A DNA stretch of 64,000 nucleotides from Albugo candida. Its lineage: Eukaryota. The stretch covers positions 186,001-250,000 of the forward strand of contig JBDOQK010000031.1 of NCBI GenBank assembly GCA_040437565.1, written 5' to 3'. The position numbers and the translations under genes were made by a program. Within the stretch, counting starts at the first letter, position 1; each line of letters opens with the position of its first letter. Shown here piece after piece: positions 23,244-35,730 of the stretch. Under the pieces are notes generated by a model. The model was not told the origin of the DNA. It saw only the letters and a list, made by a program, of their open reading frames with translations, and did no database searches.

Positions 23244-26200
23244 ATAAAGACATGATGAGTCCAGTACGCATAATTGGGGCACCTTTTGTAATTACAAAAA
23301 AAAATCATTTTTTTCTCATACACTTTGCTCAATTTTACTTTAATTCAAAGCACTTGCATTCCCAACAGACGAAAATCCTTCGAAATCAATTGCTTGCGAG
23401 GTATCGGGCCGCATTCATACGGTATTCGAATGAGATCTCAATTCTCCTGTGAGTATAATTGGCCCGCCGGGTGTGTTATGTGAACTCTGATTATCACCAT
23501 TATACTCTTCGTCGCCGAAAGTCCTCAATTGTGACGTTAATGATGGAAGTGAACTAAAGGGTGATGAACGCAAAGATTTTACAGAATCACCATCTAATTC
23601 GCTCATAAATTGTGACTGACTATGAGATGTGGCGTAAGCTTCATTCTCTAGCTGTAAGCTTCGTATTCGATGATGTGCAGCTCTTCGCATATGCTGTGCT
23701 AGATCGTTGGCGATTTCTGTGGCCTCGAGTAGACCTTGTGATCTTGCGATTGCGGCCTCCAGAATGTCGCTATCTACTGTTCTAGATGACAAAAATCTTG
23801 GGCCATCAGATGCGGTTCGTTTCTCACGCACAAGTCTTGGACGCTCAGCATAGTCTGAGTTGACTTGATCCCGGAAAACTCCGTCTTCACTCACCAAACT
23901 AATGGGAGATTGATTCGAGCTAGCGTGTGAATCCACATCCAAATCGTCGATTCTATCCTCTCGGAAACGAAAAGAATCGGTTCCCATCGCTAAATCTGCA
24001 GGACTACCGCGACGTTTTATCACCAAAAACGATCGTTTCTTACCCATGCGCCCGCTGCTAAAGGATCGGTTCAGAAAATTAGCCTTCGGCATTCTAAGAC
24101 CTGTCGAAATGGACGATATGTTTTGATAATTCTTCAAAAGTTCACGCACCGGTTCCAGCAGCTCATGCATCGTGCTGACATGATCAGCTGGGGGTGACCC
24201 AATGCCATAAGTAGGTAAAGCTGCAACGTTTTCTTCCAATTCAAAGTTGAGCGATTCGCCCTTGATAGAATGGACAGAACTAGAACACGAAGAAAGTGAT
24301 GATCTTGCATTTTCTCCTCCTCCATCGTTCGGTCCTATTATCAATCCGGCTAGACTGCTCAAAGCTTCATTACGAGCAGTTCGACGAGCCTCGGACACAC
24401 AAGGAGTACATACACGAAGATTTCGTTCTCCAATATCATGTACATGCACAGCTTGTACGGAACTACAGGTTCCACATATAACACCACCACACTTGTAGCA
24501 ATTGTGTCGCCGTCGCCATATACCAAAAGTCTTTTCACAAAGTCGGCAGAAATCCTGCTCGGAAGTCGGAATTACCCGTTGCACCAGAACGATCGCATCT
24601 CTTTTTGCACGAACCGAAGTAATGTATCGAATTTTCGCTTTCATCAATTTTGTCACATGTGAAAGTATACCAGGCGTCGACTCAACGCTGCAAGAATACG
24701 ACATGTGTAGTTCATCAGACTTGTTGGTTGTATGAAACATGTACCCCAAAATTGGCAGTCTGCCCCGAGAGAAACTGCAAGATTTTTCGTGCGGCACATC
24801 GATCGGAGGTAGTACATCGACCGACTGGTAGACTTGAAACGCTATCTTCTCTCCTTGATCGTCTTCGAACAAATCGATGTACTCTAATATCACAAAATCA
24901 TGGTCGCTTGTGGATGAAGAACTGCTTTTAAAGGCTATCCATTTCAGTCCGACATAACGGTAAGGATGTAGGTTAGAAGGCAACANNNNNNNNNNNNNNN
25001 NNNNNNNNNNNNNNNNNNNNNNNNNNNNNNNNNNNNNNNNNNNNNNNNNNNNNNNNNNNNNNNNNNNNNNNNNNNNNNNNNNNNNGCTGGTGATGGACCT
25101 ATGCCGCAAACTCGAGAGCATATATTATTAGCCAGACAAGTCGGAGTACCTGCGTTGGTGGTTTTCCTCAACAAGGTCGATCAAGTGGATGACGAGGAAT
25201 TGCTTGAATTAGTGGAAATGGAAATTCGTGAGCTGCTAGATTTGTATGAATTCCCTTCTGAAGACATCCCTATCATTCGAGGATCCGCTCTTGCAGCTGT
25301 GGAAGGACGCGATCATCCTATCGGTCGAGATGCGGTTCTCCAGCTCGTGGAGCAAGTGGACAACTATATTCCAGACCCAGTTCGGGACTTTGAAAAGCCA
25401 TTCCTGATGCCCGTGGAAGACGTTTTCTCAATCTCTGGACGAGGAACTGTTGTGAGTGGGCGTGTCGAACATGGAATAATCAATGCTGGGGATGAAGTTG
25501 AGCTTGTTGGTATTCGTCCAACATCAACAAAAACTACATGCACGGGGGTAGAAATGTTCAAAAAACAATTGGACCGAGGTCAAGCAGGTGACAACGTCGG
25601 TCTTTTATTGCGTGGTCTGAAACGCGATGATGTGTTACGAGGTCAAGTTGTTTGTAAGCCAGGAAGCCACGTTCCTCATACCAAGTTCGAAGCAGAAGTA
25701 TATGTTTTGAAAAAAGAAGAAGGAGGTCGTCATACCCCATTTTTCAGCAATTACCGACCACAATTCTTTTTCAGAACAGCAGATATCACGGGAACAATCA
25801 ATTTGAAAGAAGGAACAGAAATGGTAATGCCGGGTGACAATACCGCAGTTGACATTGAATTGATTTCACCAGTCGCGTTGTCAGCTGGTATGAAGTTTTC
25901 AATTCGTGAAGGTGGGAGAACGATTGGCGCTGGTGCCGTCTCCAAGGTAATCCAATAGATAAAGACATGATGAGTCCAGTACGCATAATTGGGGCACCTT
26001 TTGTAATTACAAAAAAAAATCATTTTTTTCTCATACACTTTGCTCAATTTTACTTTAATTCAAAGCACTTGCATTCCCAACAGACGAAAATCCTTCGAAA
26101 TCAATTGCTTGCGAGGTATCGGGCCGCATTCATACGGTATTCGAATGAGATCTCAATTCTCCTGTGAGTATAATTGGCCCGCCGGGTGTGTTATGTGAAC

Positions 26201-27700
26201 TCTGATTATCACCATTATACTCTTCGTCGCCGAAAGTCCTCAATTGTGACGTTAATGATGGAAGTGAACTAAAGGGTGATGAACGCAAAGATTTTACAGA
26301 ATCACCATCTAATTCGCTCATAAATTGTGACTGACTATGAGATGTGGCGTAAGCTTCATTCTCTAGCTGTAAGCTTCGTATTCGATGATGTGCAGCTCTT
26401 CGCATATGCTGTGCTAGATCGTTGGCGATTTCTGTGGCCTCGAGTAGACCTTGTGATCTTGCGATTGCGGCCTCCAGAATGTCGCTATCTACTGTTCTAG
26501 ATGACAAAAATCTTGGGCCATCAGATGCGGTTCGTTTCTCACGCACAAGTCTTGGACGCTCAGCATAGTCTGAGTTGACTTGATCCCGGAAAACTCCGTC
26601 TTCACTCACCAAACTAATGGGAGATTGATTCGAGCTAGCGTGTGAATCCACATCCAAATCGTCGATTCTATCCTCTCGGAAACGAAAAGAATCGGTTCCC
26701 ATCGCTAAATCTGCAGGACTACCGCGACGTTTTATCACCAAAAACGATCGTTTCTTACCCATGCGCCCGCTGCTAAAGGATCGGTTCAGAAAATTAGCCT
26801 TCGGCATTCTAAGACCTGTCGAAATGGACGATATGTTTTGATAATTCTTCAAAAGTTCACGCACCGGTTCCAGCAGCTCATGCATCGTGCTGACATGATC
26901 AGCTGGGGGTGACCCAATGCCATAAGTAGGTAAAGCTGCAACGTTTTCTTCCAATTCAAAGTTGAGCGATTCGCCCTTGATAGAATGGACAGAACTAGAA
27001 CACGAAGAAAGTGATGATCTTGCATTTTCTCCTCCTCCATCGTTCGGTCCTATTATCAATCCGGCTAGACTGCTCAAAGCTTCATTACGAGCAGTTCGAC
27101 GAGCCTCGGACACACAAGGAGTACATACACGAAGATTTCGTTCTCCAATATCATGTACATGCACAGCTTGTACGGAACTACAGGTTCCACATATAACACC
27201 ACCACACTTGTAGCAATTGTGTCGCCGTCGCCATATACCAAAAGTCTTTTCACAAAGTCGGCAGAAATCCTGCTCGGAAGTCGGAATTACCCGTTGCACC
27301 AGAACGATCGCATCTCTTTTTGCACGAACCGAAGTAATGTATCGAATTTTCGCTTTCATCAATTTTGTCACATGTGAAAGTATACCAGGCGTCGACTCAA
27401 CGCTGCAAGAATACGACATGTGTAGTTCATCAGACTTGTTGGTTGTATGAAACATGTACCCCAAAATTGGCAGTCTGCCCCGAGAGAAACTGCAAGATTT
27501 TTCGTGCGGCACATCGATCGGAGGTAGTACATCGACCGACTGGTAGACTTGAAACGCTATCTTCTCTCCTTGATCGTCTTCGAACAAATCGATGTACTCT
27601 AATATCACAAAATCATGGTCGCTTGTGGATGAAGAACTGCTTTTAAAGGCTATCCATTTCAGTCCGACATAACGGTAAGGATGTAGGTTAGAAGGCAACA
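22371..27700. repeat. 2615-bp duplication (22371-24985 = 25086-27700) around a 100-N gap, giving false partial copies of EF-Tu and the FYVE gene
   Basis: Constant offset of 2715 (2615 + 100 N); identical ORF translations in both copies; both copies end at the gap. Confidence 0.9.
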
Positions 27701-28127
27701 AGATGTTCTCAAGCACAACTCCGTCAACAAAATCGGGATACAAAGAACGCATCATGCTTTTGTAGGCAGTGGAATCGGTCACAACAAGGCTCTCGGAGAC
27801 TTCTTCAAGCTCACCGTTCATTCTACATCCAGCGTGCACATTGCACGGTACGTTCACGTTCTCACCTTCAACAAAATGTAGCGTGATGCCATTTTTGTAT
27901 CCTGAATATGACCACTGATTTTCTCCTAAAATATCGGTTGCATTTATAAACGCTTCCACCATGTTCTTTGCTTGTTTCACGTAATTATCCATTCCCGCGT
28001 GACTCAACATGCTGTGTGCATGCTCGGTCATTGTGTAGCTGCGGCCAACACAAGGAGTTTCATCAATGCTTCTCGTGTGCAATCGAGCCCGGAATGATTC
28101 TTGCGTTTGTGAGGAAAACCTTTTCAT
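26130..28127 (-). CDS. START-like + FYVE zinc-finger protein with Ser-rich tail
   Basis: START-like region (W.Y...KNGI.L, YVGLKWIAF, HDFVILEY) followed by FYVE CRLCEKTFGIWRRRHNCYKCGGVICGTCS...RVCTPC. Confidence 0.85.
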   Translation of the reverse strand: MKRFSSQTQESFRARLHTRSIDETPCVGRSYTMTEHAHSMLSHAGMDNYVKQAKNMVEAFINATDILGENQWSYSGYKNGITLHFVEGENVNVPCNVHAGCRMNGELEEVSESLVVTDSTAYKSMMRSLYPDFVDGVVLENILLPSNLHPYRYVGLKWIAFKSSSSSTSDHDFVILEYIDLFEDDQGEKIAFQVYQSVDVLPPIDVPHEKSCSFSRGRLPILGYMFHTTNKSDELHMSYSCSVESTPGILSHVTKLMKAKIRYITSVRAKRDAIVLVQRVIPTSEQDFCRLCEKTFGIWRRRHNCYKCGGVICGTCSSVQAVHVHDIGERNLRVCTPCVSEARRTARNEALSSLAGLIIGPNDGGGENARSSLSSCSSSVHSIKGESLNFELEENVAALPTYGIGSPPADHVSTMHELLEPVRELLKNYQNISSISTGLRMPKANFLNRSFSSGRMGKKRSFLVIKRRGSPADLAMGTDSFRFREDRIDDLDVDSHASSNQSPISLVSEDGVFRDQVNSDYAERPRLVREKRTASDGPRFLSSRTVDSDILEAAIARSQGLLEATEIANDLAQHMRRAAHHRIRSLQLENEAYATSHSQSQFMSELDGDSVKSLRSSPFSSLPSLTSQLRTFGDEEYNGDNQSSHNTPGGPIILTGELRSHSNTV

Positions 28128-31026
28128 TTTGCTAATGCAAAGTATTTTATAAGCTCTAATTCTGCATCGAGTAGGCGTTACGTGAGCTCCAGTTAGGGCG
28201 GATAAAGTCGGTCGATGGTATCAGAAAAGACAGCTTTTCAAGAAAAAGAGACAAATATAACATCAAAACTAAAACCGACGATAACAGTGTAAATACATCG
28301 CTCCAATTAATATCATCCTAAAGATGGATACATGGGAAAAGCGACTTTATTGTCCAAGTGAAAGTCCTCTTCTATGCGCTCGATCGGTAGTTGTATTTAC
28401 CTGACACGGGCCAAGACGTAATTCATGCAAGAACCCGACGTTAGCATGGAAACGAAGAAATTTTTATGTGTTTAGGAGTTACATAAGCCGATCGAGAAGC
28501 ACGGCGAGTTTGAACGTCAAGAGGTGCATAAGGCAGACTGAGTGGATATTAATTGCTTCGTGAATCCATTTTTGTGATCTCTCGAAGCCGCCTCTTTCAT
28601 AACTGCATCAGACTGGACGTTGCCAATTACGTGAGTAGATCATTTTGGTTAATAAAAGCTGGATAAAGAGACATTTAAGTCAATTCTCCTCCTCATTAAT
28701 ATTATAGACCTGGCTCTTGCCAGAAATAAAGCTCACAAATAAACAAGTCTGAAGACAAGACACCAAAGGAACGATTTCCTTCCAGCTAATGATGCCTTGG
28801 TCGCTGTCATATATACAGATATATTTGCATCTGCACAATCCGATTTGATGTCACATTTGACTGAATTAGATCGTTTTATCCTACCATCGATAGAGTTGTT
28901 CGGGACAACGCTAGCGTTACCGCTCCACCAGGATGAGATACATCAGACGATGAGTTTTTTGTTTTTGGTTGACATATACATGCGGTGCATTGTGGAACAA
29001 GTGACTCGAATTTCTTTATGAAACGGTATCAGGATCACTTGAAGCTGGATAGTCACGTCAGTGCCACGAAAAGAATCATTCAGTATTGATCATATCTATG
29101 AAAAGTGCGCACAATGTAGCGGTTTTACTTGCACAAAACTCATTGCCCAGTGCGCTCCTTCCAGAAACGATTATGGTCATAAACGTCCACTCGGATTGCT
29201 TCCATCTATTTGGACAAAGAACAGAAGCAAAGTATCTATTTCGCAACAGTCATTGGCTTCATGCTGGCTAAGGATAAAAAGTTGAATGCCATAAACTAAA
29301 CAAGGTCATATCTGAAGTGCTCCGCTTCGCGTATCACGCGGTACGATGGCAAATACGGCTACGTTGCGCAGTTTTCTGACAACTTTCCGTGAGCTCTACG
29401 TAAACTTGCACTACTACATTTCTGCGATGGTCGCATTGACGAGATATGCCGCGTCTCCGCCATTACGAGCCGCACTACAAGTTATTGCTTCATAGATGAC
29501 TCGATCTTACCGTAACTTCTACTGCCTGGCACCTTTGATGAAAGCGACTTCCTCAGAATCGGTAAATTTATGAGCGGTTCAGAACCGCTTCCATTTTGGG
29601 AGTAAGAATGGCTTTGTAAGCAGCTTTGCCATCCTGCATGCCATGACTTGATTCGATACCACGAGTTTCCAACCGTGCATCGCCAAGTCTGCTTTCCTTC
29701 CACTACTGGTGGCTCTTGGCAAGCTGTACCCTTCGTCTCTCCATTTTGGTGCTTGTCTTTTAGCAGCTACACCCTATGCATTCATGTTTCGCACAGACGT
29801 CTCGTCTGCAATTGGTGCTCTCGTCTATGTACTATTTGCCTCATCAGCCATTTCTCTTCAATGTCCTCTTGCAATACATGCCACAAATTCTCTCGTGGTG
29901 TAAGAAGAACAAAAACACACACGTGGCAAACGTGATATTTACAATGGACATTCCGTTATCATATCGTCACGCGATCGGTTCACTTTACTTTTGCGCGCAA
30001 ATTTAGTCGCATGGAGCGATTATAACGATAGTGATTAGGGTGTCTACTTCTCGCCTTTTTAACGTTCGCGATGAGGTACTAGTCACGCACTGTCCGCTTC
30101 TTGGAGCTAGATGCCAGAACAACTGGCAGCGAAGAATTTTTATAGCCTCCTGGCTTTATCATTATAGACGCTGCGTTGACTGAGGAGTCGCCTAGCTCTC
30201 TATTACAGCGCCGTCACTAACCTGAGCTGTTTGCTCAGTGCGTGTCCAATTTTGACTGTGATGAAGATTGTGCATTGTAAGTGTAAACGACGAGGAAGTA
30301 ACGGTGTTCAGCTTTGATCCACAGCGAAGTGCAAACTCTTGATCGACTACGGTCCAAAGCTTCAGGAATCGCGTCCACCACAAACCCTCAACTCTTTCAA
30401 TATCAACTCAAAGCAAAATGTCAAATGCAGACAGCACAATTGGTGTTCTTACAGAATCTTTTCAATGTGAAGTTATTGAATTGATTTCTTCATGCAAACT
30501 ATCGATCACCCTGATAATGGGGTCAACACGTCCTGAATCGATGTCATTTATCCCTATATCCGCGTCCAAGAATTCGTATCCTCTAAATTGACGCTGCTTC
30601 TGTTTTTTCTCTTGCCATTCTGACTTGCGTCTTCACGTCGTTGCTTTTGCTGAGGCTTTGAAGAGAATCATGTGCATAAAATCACAGCAGTCATTGTCTA
30701 TCGAACGATCCGTCCACGATATCCGCAACGTTCCTGAGACCTTCACAGAAAAGCTTTACTTGAAGCAAATAAGCTGTGAAATATCAAACCTCTGAGATGA
30801 GCCGAGAGACACGGTGGAGAAGGTGGGAGATTTTTATCTGCTTTATAAACAGATAGAGTACTAGATTCTACCTGCCAACATTGATACATTAGAGCATGTC
30901 TGTGAACGCCCAGATACACGGTGCATTGTGGACAAAAACGACAAGATTTTACTTTCAAGTCAATCTCTCTCTCATGAACGCCTTTCTTTGATACTCTATC
31001 GCATTTAAAAACCAGAACCTACGAGC

Positions 31027-34000
31027 ATGACGGTGAAAAATCAATGCGAGGAAGTTTTAAAAGCATGGATTTATGAGGTTACGAAGGAGGAAGCGCGACC
31101 AGAACCTCTAATAGATGTATTGAGAAATGGACAACTTTTATGCCACCTTGCGAATGCGTTGGACCCAACGAGTAACATCAAAGTTAATCATCTAGTAACC
31201 GTTTTTCATACCAGAGCAAACATCAGTGGTTTCTTGAATTGGAGTCGTGCCCAGAGAGTCGGAGAGCAAAATTTATTCCGAGTTGAAGATCTGCTAGAGG
31301 ACAATAATGTGGAACAGGTGCTCAAAACTTTGATCTTATTATACGAACACTATCAAGGGGGACCACAACTGACCATGGACAGTTACAATCTGCGGGATAA
31401 TGTAACTAACAAAAATGCAAAACCCGGAAAGAAGCAAAATCAAAACACTCTTCTTCCCCCAAAAACCGTGGATGAAGCGGGGAGCGTTCACGAGACATCA
31501 GATCTAGAATTTGGTCTCCATCTCGAAAAAAGTGATTCAGCTGAGAAAAAAGCTGAACGGTTGACCCCTTTCATGAAGGGAAAAAACTATCTTGGCGTCA
31601 AGACCAAGCATCTATCAATGTTTAGCAGAGGTAAAACGAAGAAAAATCTTGACCAGAACCACAAATGCATGTCACCCGGTACATTTATATCCGACAGTAT
31701 ATCGCCACTTGAAGACAATCAGGCGGTTTTCTGGGAATCTCCAAGTCGACAAAATGATAAAGATGAGAATGCTCCAATTCAGGTGGGGTCCAAACTTGCG
31801 GAATTTGTAAAGCAGATCTCGTCAATCAGTTCGAACAACGAAAAGCATGATTTGGATTGTCAAGAAGATTATCAAGCTGGCACGCAGGTTCATTCACGTC
31901 CTAAAGGCCCTCCTAAGTTTCAAGTAAATAGGTATAATACGTCAGTCTCTGTCTCATCAACTGGAGGTTCAGTAAACACACGAGATGGAGATCTTCCTGC
32001 AATAGAAATCTTTCCAACTAATGCAAGCAATGCTGAAGGAGGCTCTAGCGCTCGAAAAAAGTTTGCCGATTTTTTGAAAGCCAATCCTCCATCGAGTACG
32101 CCAGATGAAGAACGAGAACGGATTTGCGGAAATTCAGCACAATCATCGCTGACACTAACGATGAAAAAAGGACTCGACTCAACATACACGACGAAGGAAA
32201 ACGACTCACCTGCAAGATCAGTTCCATCAGAAAGTCCAATTGGTGAGATTGTGTGCACGAATAAGAAATTGATGACATTTCTGCAAAAACAACCCTCGAA
32301 GACGCTCTCTAGTTTGGCCGTTCCGGTCTCTAGATCATGTCCAGTAGAAACAGATAACAATTATATCTCCACGATGCATGAGGTGGCTACTAACGTAGTG
32401 AAAGAATCATCTTCATATCCATTTACGCCTCGGAAACCCATCAAGCGCTCCACAGGACAGAGCAATTTTGTCCGAAAACGGCAAACGTATCGCAATATGC
32501 TTCAGAGGCCCCAGTTTGACCTTGAAGTGAAACGCAGTCAATTTATGATGGATCAACTACAAAAAAAAGAAGCACTTGAGAACGACAAATCAACCCCAAC
32601 GAGTGAAACAAAATTTATCACTGCTGGTATGCAGTGCTATGTTCCAGATGACAAACATGTGTGGCTTCCCGCTCAGATCCTCAAATATGATGAGAAGTCA
32701 GGCCAATTGGAGGTCGAGATTTCGTTCGAGGACGAAATTGCTGAGACCCGTGTAGTAGACTTGCACATGCCAAAAAATATAAAGGCGATTGGCGGTCCCA
32801 AGGCTACAAAAGTTGAATCGTTACCACTTGCTTGGACGGATGAGACAATTGAGGGTGTAGAGGACATGCAGTCACTACGCTTTTTGAATGAGGCTTCCAT
32901 TTTATACAATCTAAAAAAGCGGTTTCTCGCATCTCTTCCGTATACATTCACTAACGATATCGTGATTGCACTCAATCCATACAAATGGATGGAATCATTA
33001 TATGGGGATGAGCCATCAAAGTTATACATGAAGTACCATGGCATCAAGAAGTTGCAGCCGCACGTTTACGCAACTTCAGCGGCAGCGTATCAACACTTGA
33101 TCCAAACCGGAAGCAATCAAAGCATTCTTGTGAGCGGTGAGTCTGGTGCGGGTAAAACGGAAACCACAAAAATCATCATGCATCACTTGACAAACATCGC
33201 CAGCGGTCCAGATGATTCTACTGTTGACAAGGTGATCAAAGTCAACCCGCTATTGGAATCGTTTGGAAATGCCCAGACGTCTCGGAATGATAATAGCTCA
33301 CGTTTTGGCAAATTTACGCAACTGCAGTTTGATGCTAGTGGAATACTTGTAGGTGCCAAGTGTGAAGCGTATTTGCTGGAAAAGTCCCGAGTAGTTTCAC
33401 TGGTACAAGGAGAGCGCAACTACCACATTTTTCATCAGCTGTTAGCAGGTGCTTCGGCTGAGGAACGTCAAGATCTTCAGCTCAACACAAACACATCTTT
33501 TCACTATTTGAGTAATGCATCCGAGAAGAAAGTTATTCACGGCCTCGATGATGCCCAGCTCTTCAGTACAACCCGTCAGTCATTATCTCTGATTGGCTTG
33601 GACGACCACCAGCAATTGTAAGCTTTGTCTTATCCTCAACATATATAATGTCATCTGACGTGCTCGAATTTGTAGTGCTTTATTCCGAATCCTCGCTGGA
33701 CTACTGCATCTTGGTGAGGTTCAATTCACCGAAAGTGATGAAGAGGGATCATCATGCCAGAATGTGGAACAGCTTCGTGTGGTATCGGAGCTGCTTGGGC
33801 TGTTTTCAGCAAAAGTGGAAGGAGCTTTGTGCACTCGATCTGTCGTTGCAAGGAACGAAAGTGTCACCGTTTCCCTGTCGGTAGTGGATGCCGAGGAGAA
33901 TCGAGACAGCTTGGCGAAGGCTATCTACGCAAAAATATTTGAGTGGATGGTCAGGAAGATCAACCAAGCAATTGCAGTTGACGACGACGTCTGCAGTGGT

Positions 34001-35638
34001 CAGATCGGCGTGCTCGATATCTTTGGATTCGAAGAATTTGCTCAGAATGGTTTCGAGCAATTTTGCATCAATTATGCAAATGAGAAACTGCAGCAAAAAT
34101 TTACCCTTGATATATTCAAAGCTGTTGAAGAAGAGTATGCTCGAGAAAGCTTGCAATGGGATCATATCGAATATCCAGATAATCGTGAAATCATTGAGCT
34201 GATTGATGGAAAGATGGGGATTTTGGCTTTAATGAACGACCATTTGCGTCAACCAAGGGGCAGTGAGGAAGCATTAGTAAACAAAATACGTGCAAGTGCA
34301 GAGTCCGAAGTCGAATCTACTTGCATTCAGTTTCCCAAGGTCAATCGTACTCAATTCACAATAACTCACTTTGCTGGCCCGGTCACCTACGAAACGGTCG
34401 GATTTATGGAAAAACATCGGGACACCCTGCAAAAAGATTTGATGGATTTGGTTTTGACAAGTGAGCTCGATTTGCTGACAGACTTTTTCGGTACATCAGA
34501 AGTACCTCGCGACCTAAAAAAGGCAAAAAGCAGGAAATCAACTAACAGTAAGAAAAGCCTTGGTACGCAATTCAAATCATCACTTTCACAGCTGATGGAT
34601 AATATCAGCGCTACTAATACGCATTATGTTCGATGTATCAAGCCGAATGCCAACAAAAGCTCGATTGAATTCGACAACCAGATGGTCGTAGAGCAATTAC
34701 GCTCTGCTGGTGTAATCGAGGCAATCCGAATCACCCGGTCCGGGTACCCCAGTCGGCTTACACCGCACGAGCTAGCTACAAAGTACTGTATCATGTTTCC
34801 GCCTTCGATGCAGAGGAGCGACATATTCCAGACATGCTCAACCTTTATGACCGCAATTGGTCGTCAATCTCCGCTCGAATACCAGATCGGAAAAAGTCTC
34901 ATCTACTTCAAGCGTGGTGTGCTGGAAGAGCTGGAAGCAATGAAGTTCGAATTTTGCTACAATGAAGCCACCTGCATCCAAAAAGTCGTTCTCGGCTATA
35001 TCGAGCGCCAGCGTTTTCGTCGTATGGTGGAGGCCGTGATTGTACTGCAAGCGTGGTCTCGTATGGTTGTGGAACGGACCGAGTATCGATATGTGCGCAA
35101 TGCAGTTATAACCATTCAACGAGGCTGGAAGCGATATTTGAACGGTGATGTGGAAACTGATAGAGATTCGTATGGAAATATACAGGAAAATGATTACGCT
35201 CGTTCATCGGACGGTGAGTGGGTTGATGAAGAAGATGCAGATGATCGTCGCACGGAAGGAAGCGAGTCGAGTTTCGAATGTAATGAACCAGTCACGCCTG
35301 CATACAAAGGTTTGAAAACTGCACAACCTTTCCGCCCTCAGGCGTCATCCAAACAAGTAAGCTACTCGTCGAACGAGCGCGAAGTCGTGCGAGAAACACC
35401 TTCATCCAATCTCTCTGTGCACCGCACTCTGACCATGGATGAAATTTCACAAAGTGCAAAACGTATCCTGGATGCAATCGAACGTAAAGAAAGCTCAGAG
35501 CCTATCAGCATGCAAGAGGAAAATACAATCTTACGCTGGGAAAATCGAAACTTGAAATACGACCTCGAGATGATGCGAGAGCAGTGCAAAGAACTTCAGT
35601 GCATTATCGTCGAGATCAACCGGAGCCGAAAGCGTTAG
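31027..35638 (+). CDS. Myosin with N-terminal calponin-homology domain (about 1517 aa; intron 33618-33675)
   Basis: CH domain (LRNGQLLCHLANAL...NISGFL...LFRVEDLLE..N..QVLKTL), P-loop GESGAGKT, switch I NDNSSRFGK, switch II DIFGFE, YVRCIKPN, IQ motifs and a short coiled coil. The intron restores ALFRILAGLLHLGE. Confidence 0.93.
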
Positions 35639-35730
35639 CTTCGACATCTAATCGTCTGCTTCCATTTTACCCTAGGAAGTATTTGTGTTGTGAATATCGT
35701 TTAAGCCGTATCACTGATTCCAACAGCAGG

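Noticed and set aside
23415-25121. 568-aa ORF as a separate FYVE paralogue
   Set aside because: Reads through Ns into antisense EF-Tu; it is a truncated duplicate of 26130-28127.
25086-25958. Second EF-Tu gene (tufA/tufB-like duplication)
   Set aside because: Identical translation, begins exactly at a 100-N gap, and is part of the 2615-bp overlap artefact.
28200-31000. Short ORFs in a long intergenic region
   Set aside because: No recognisable domains, repeats or RNA gene signatures by eye.
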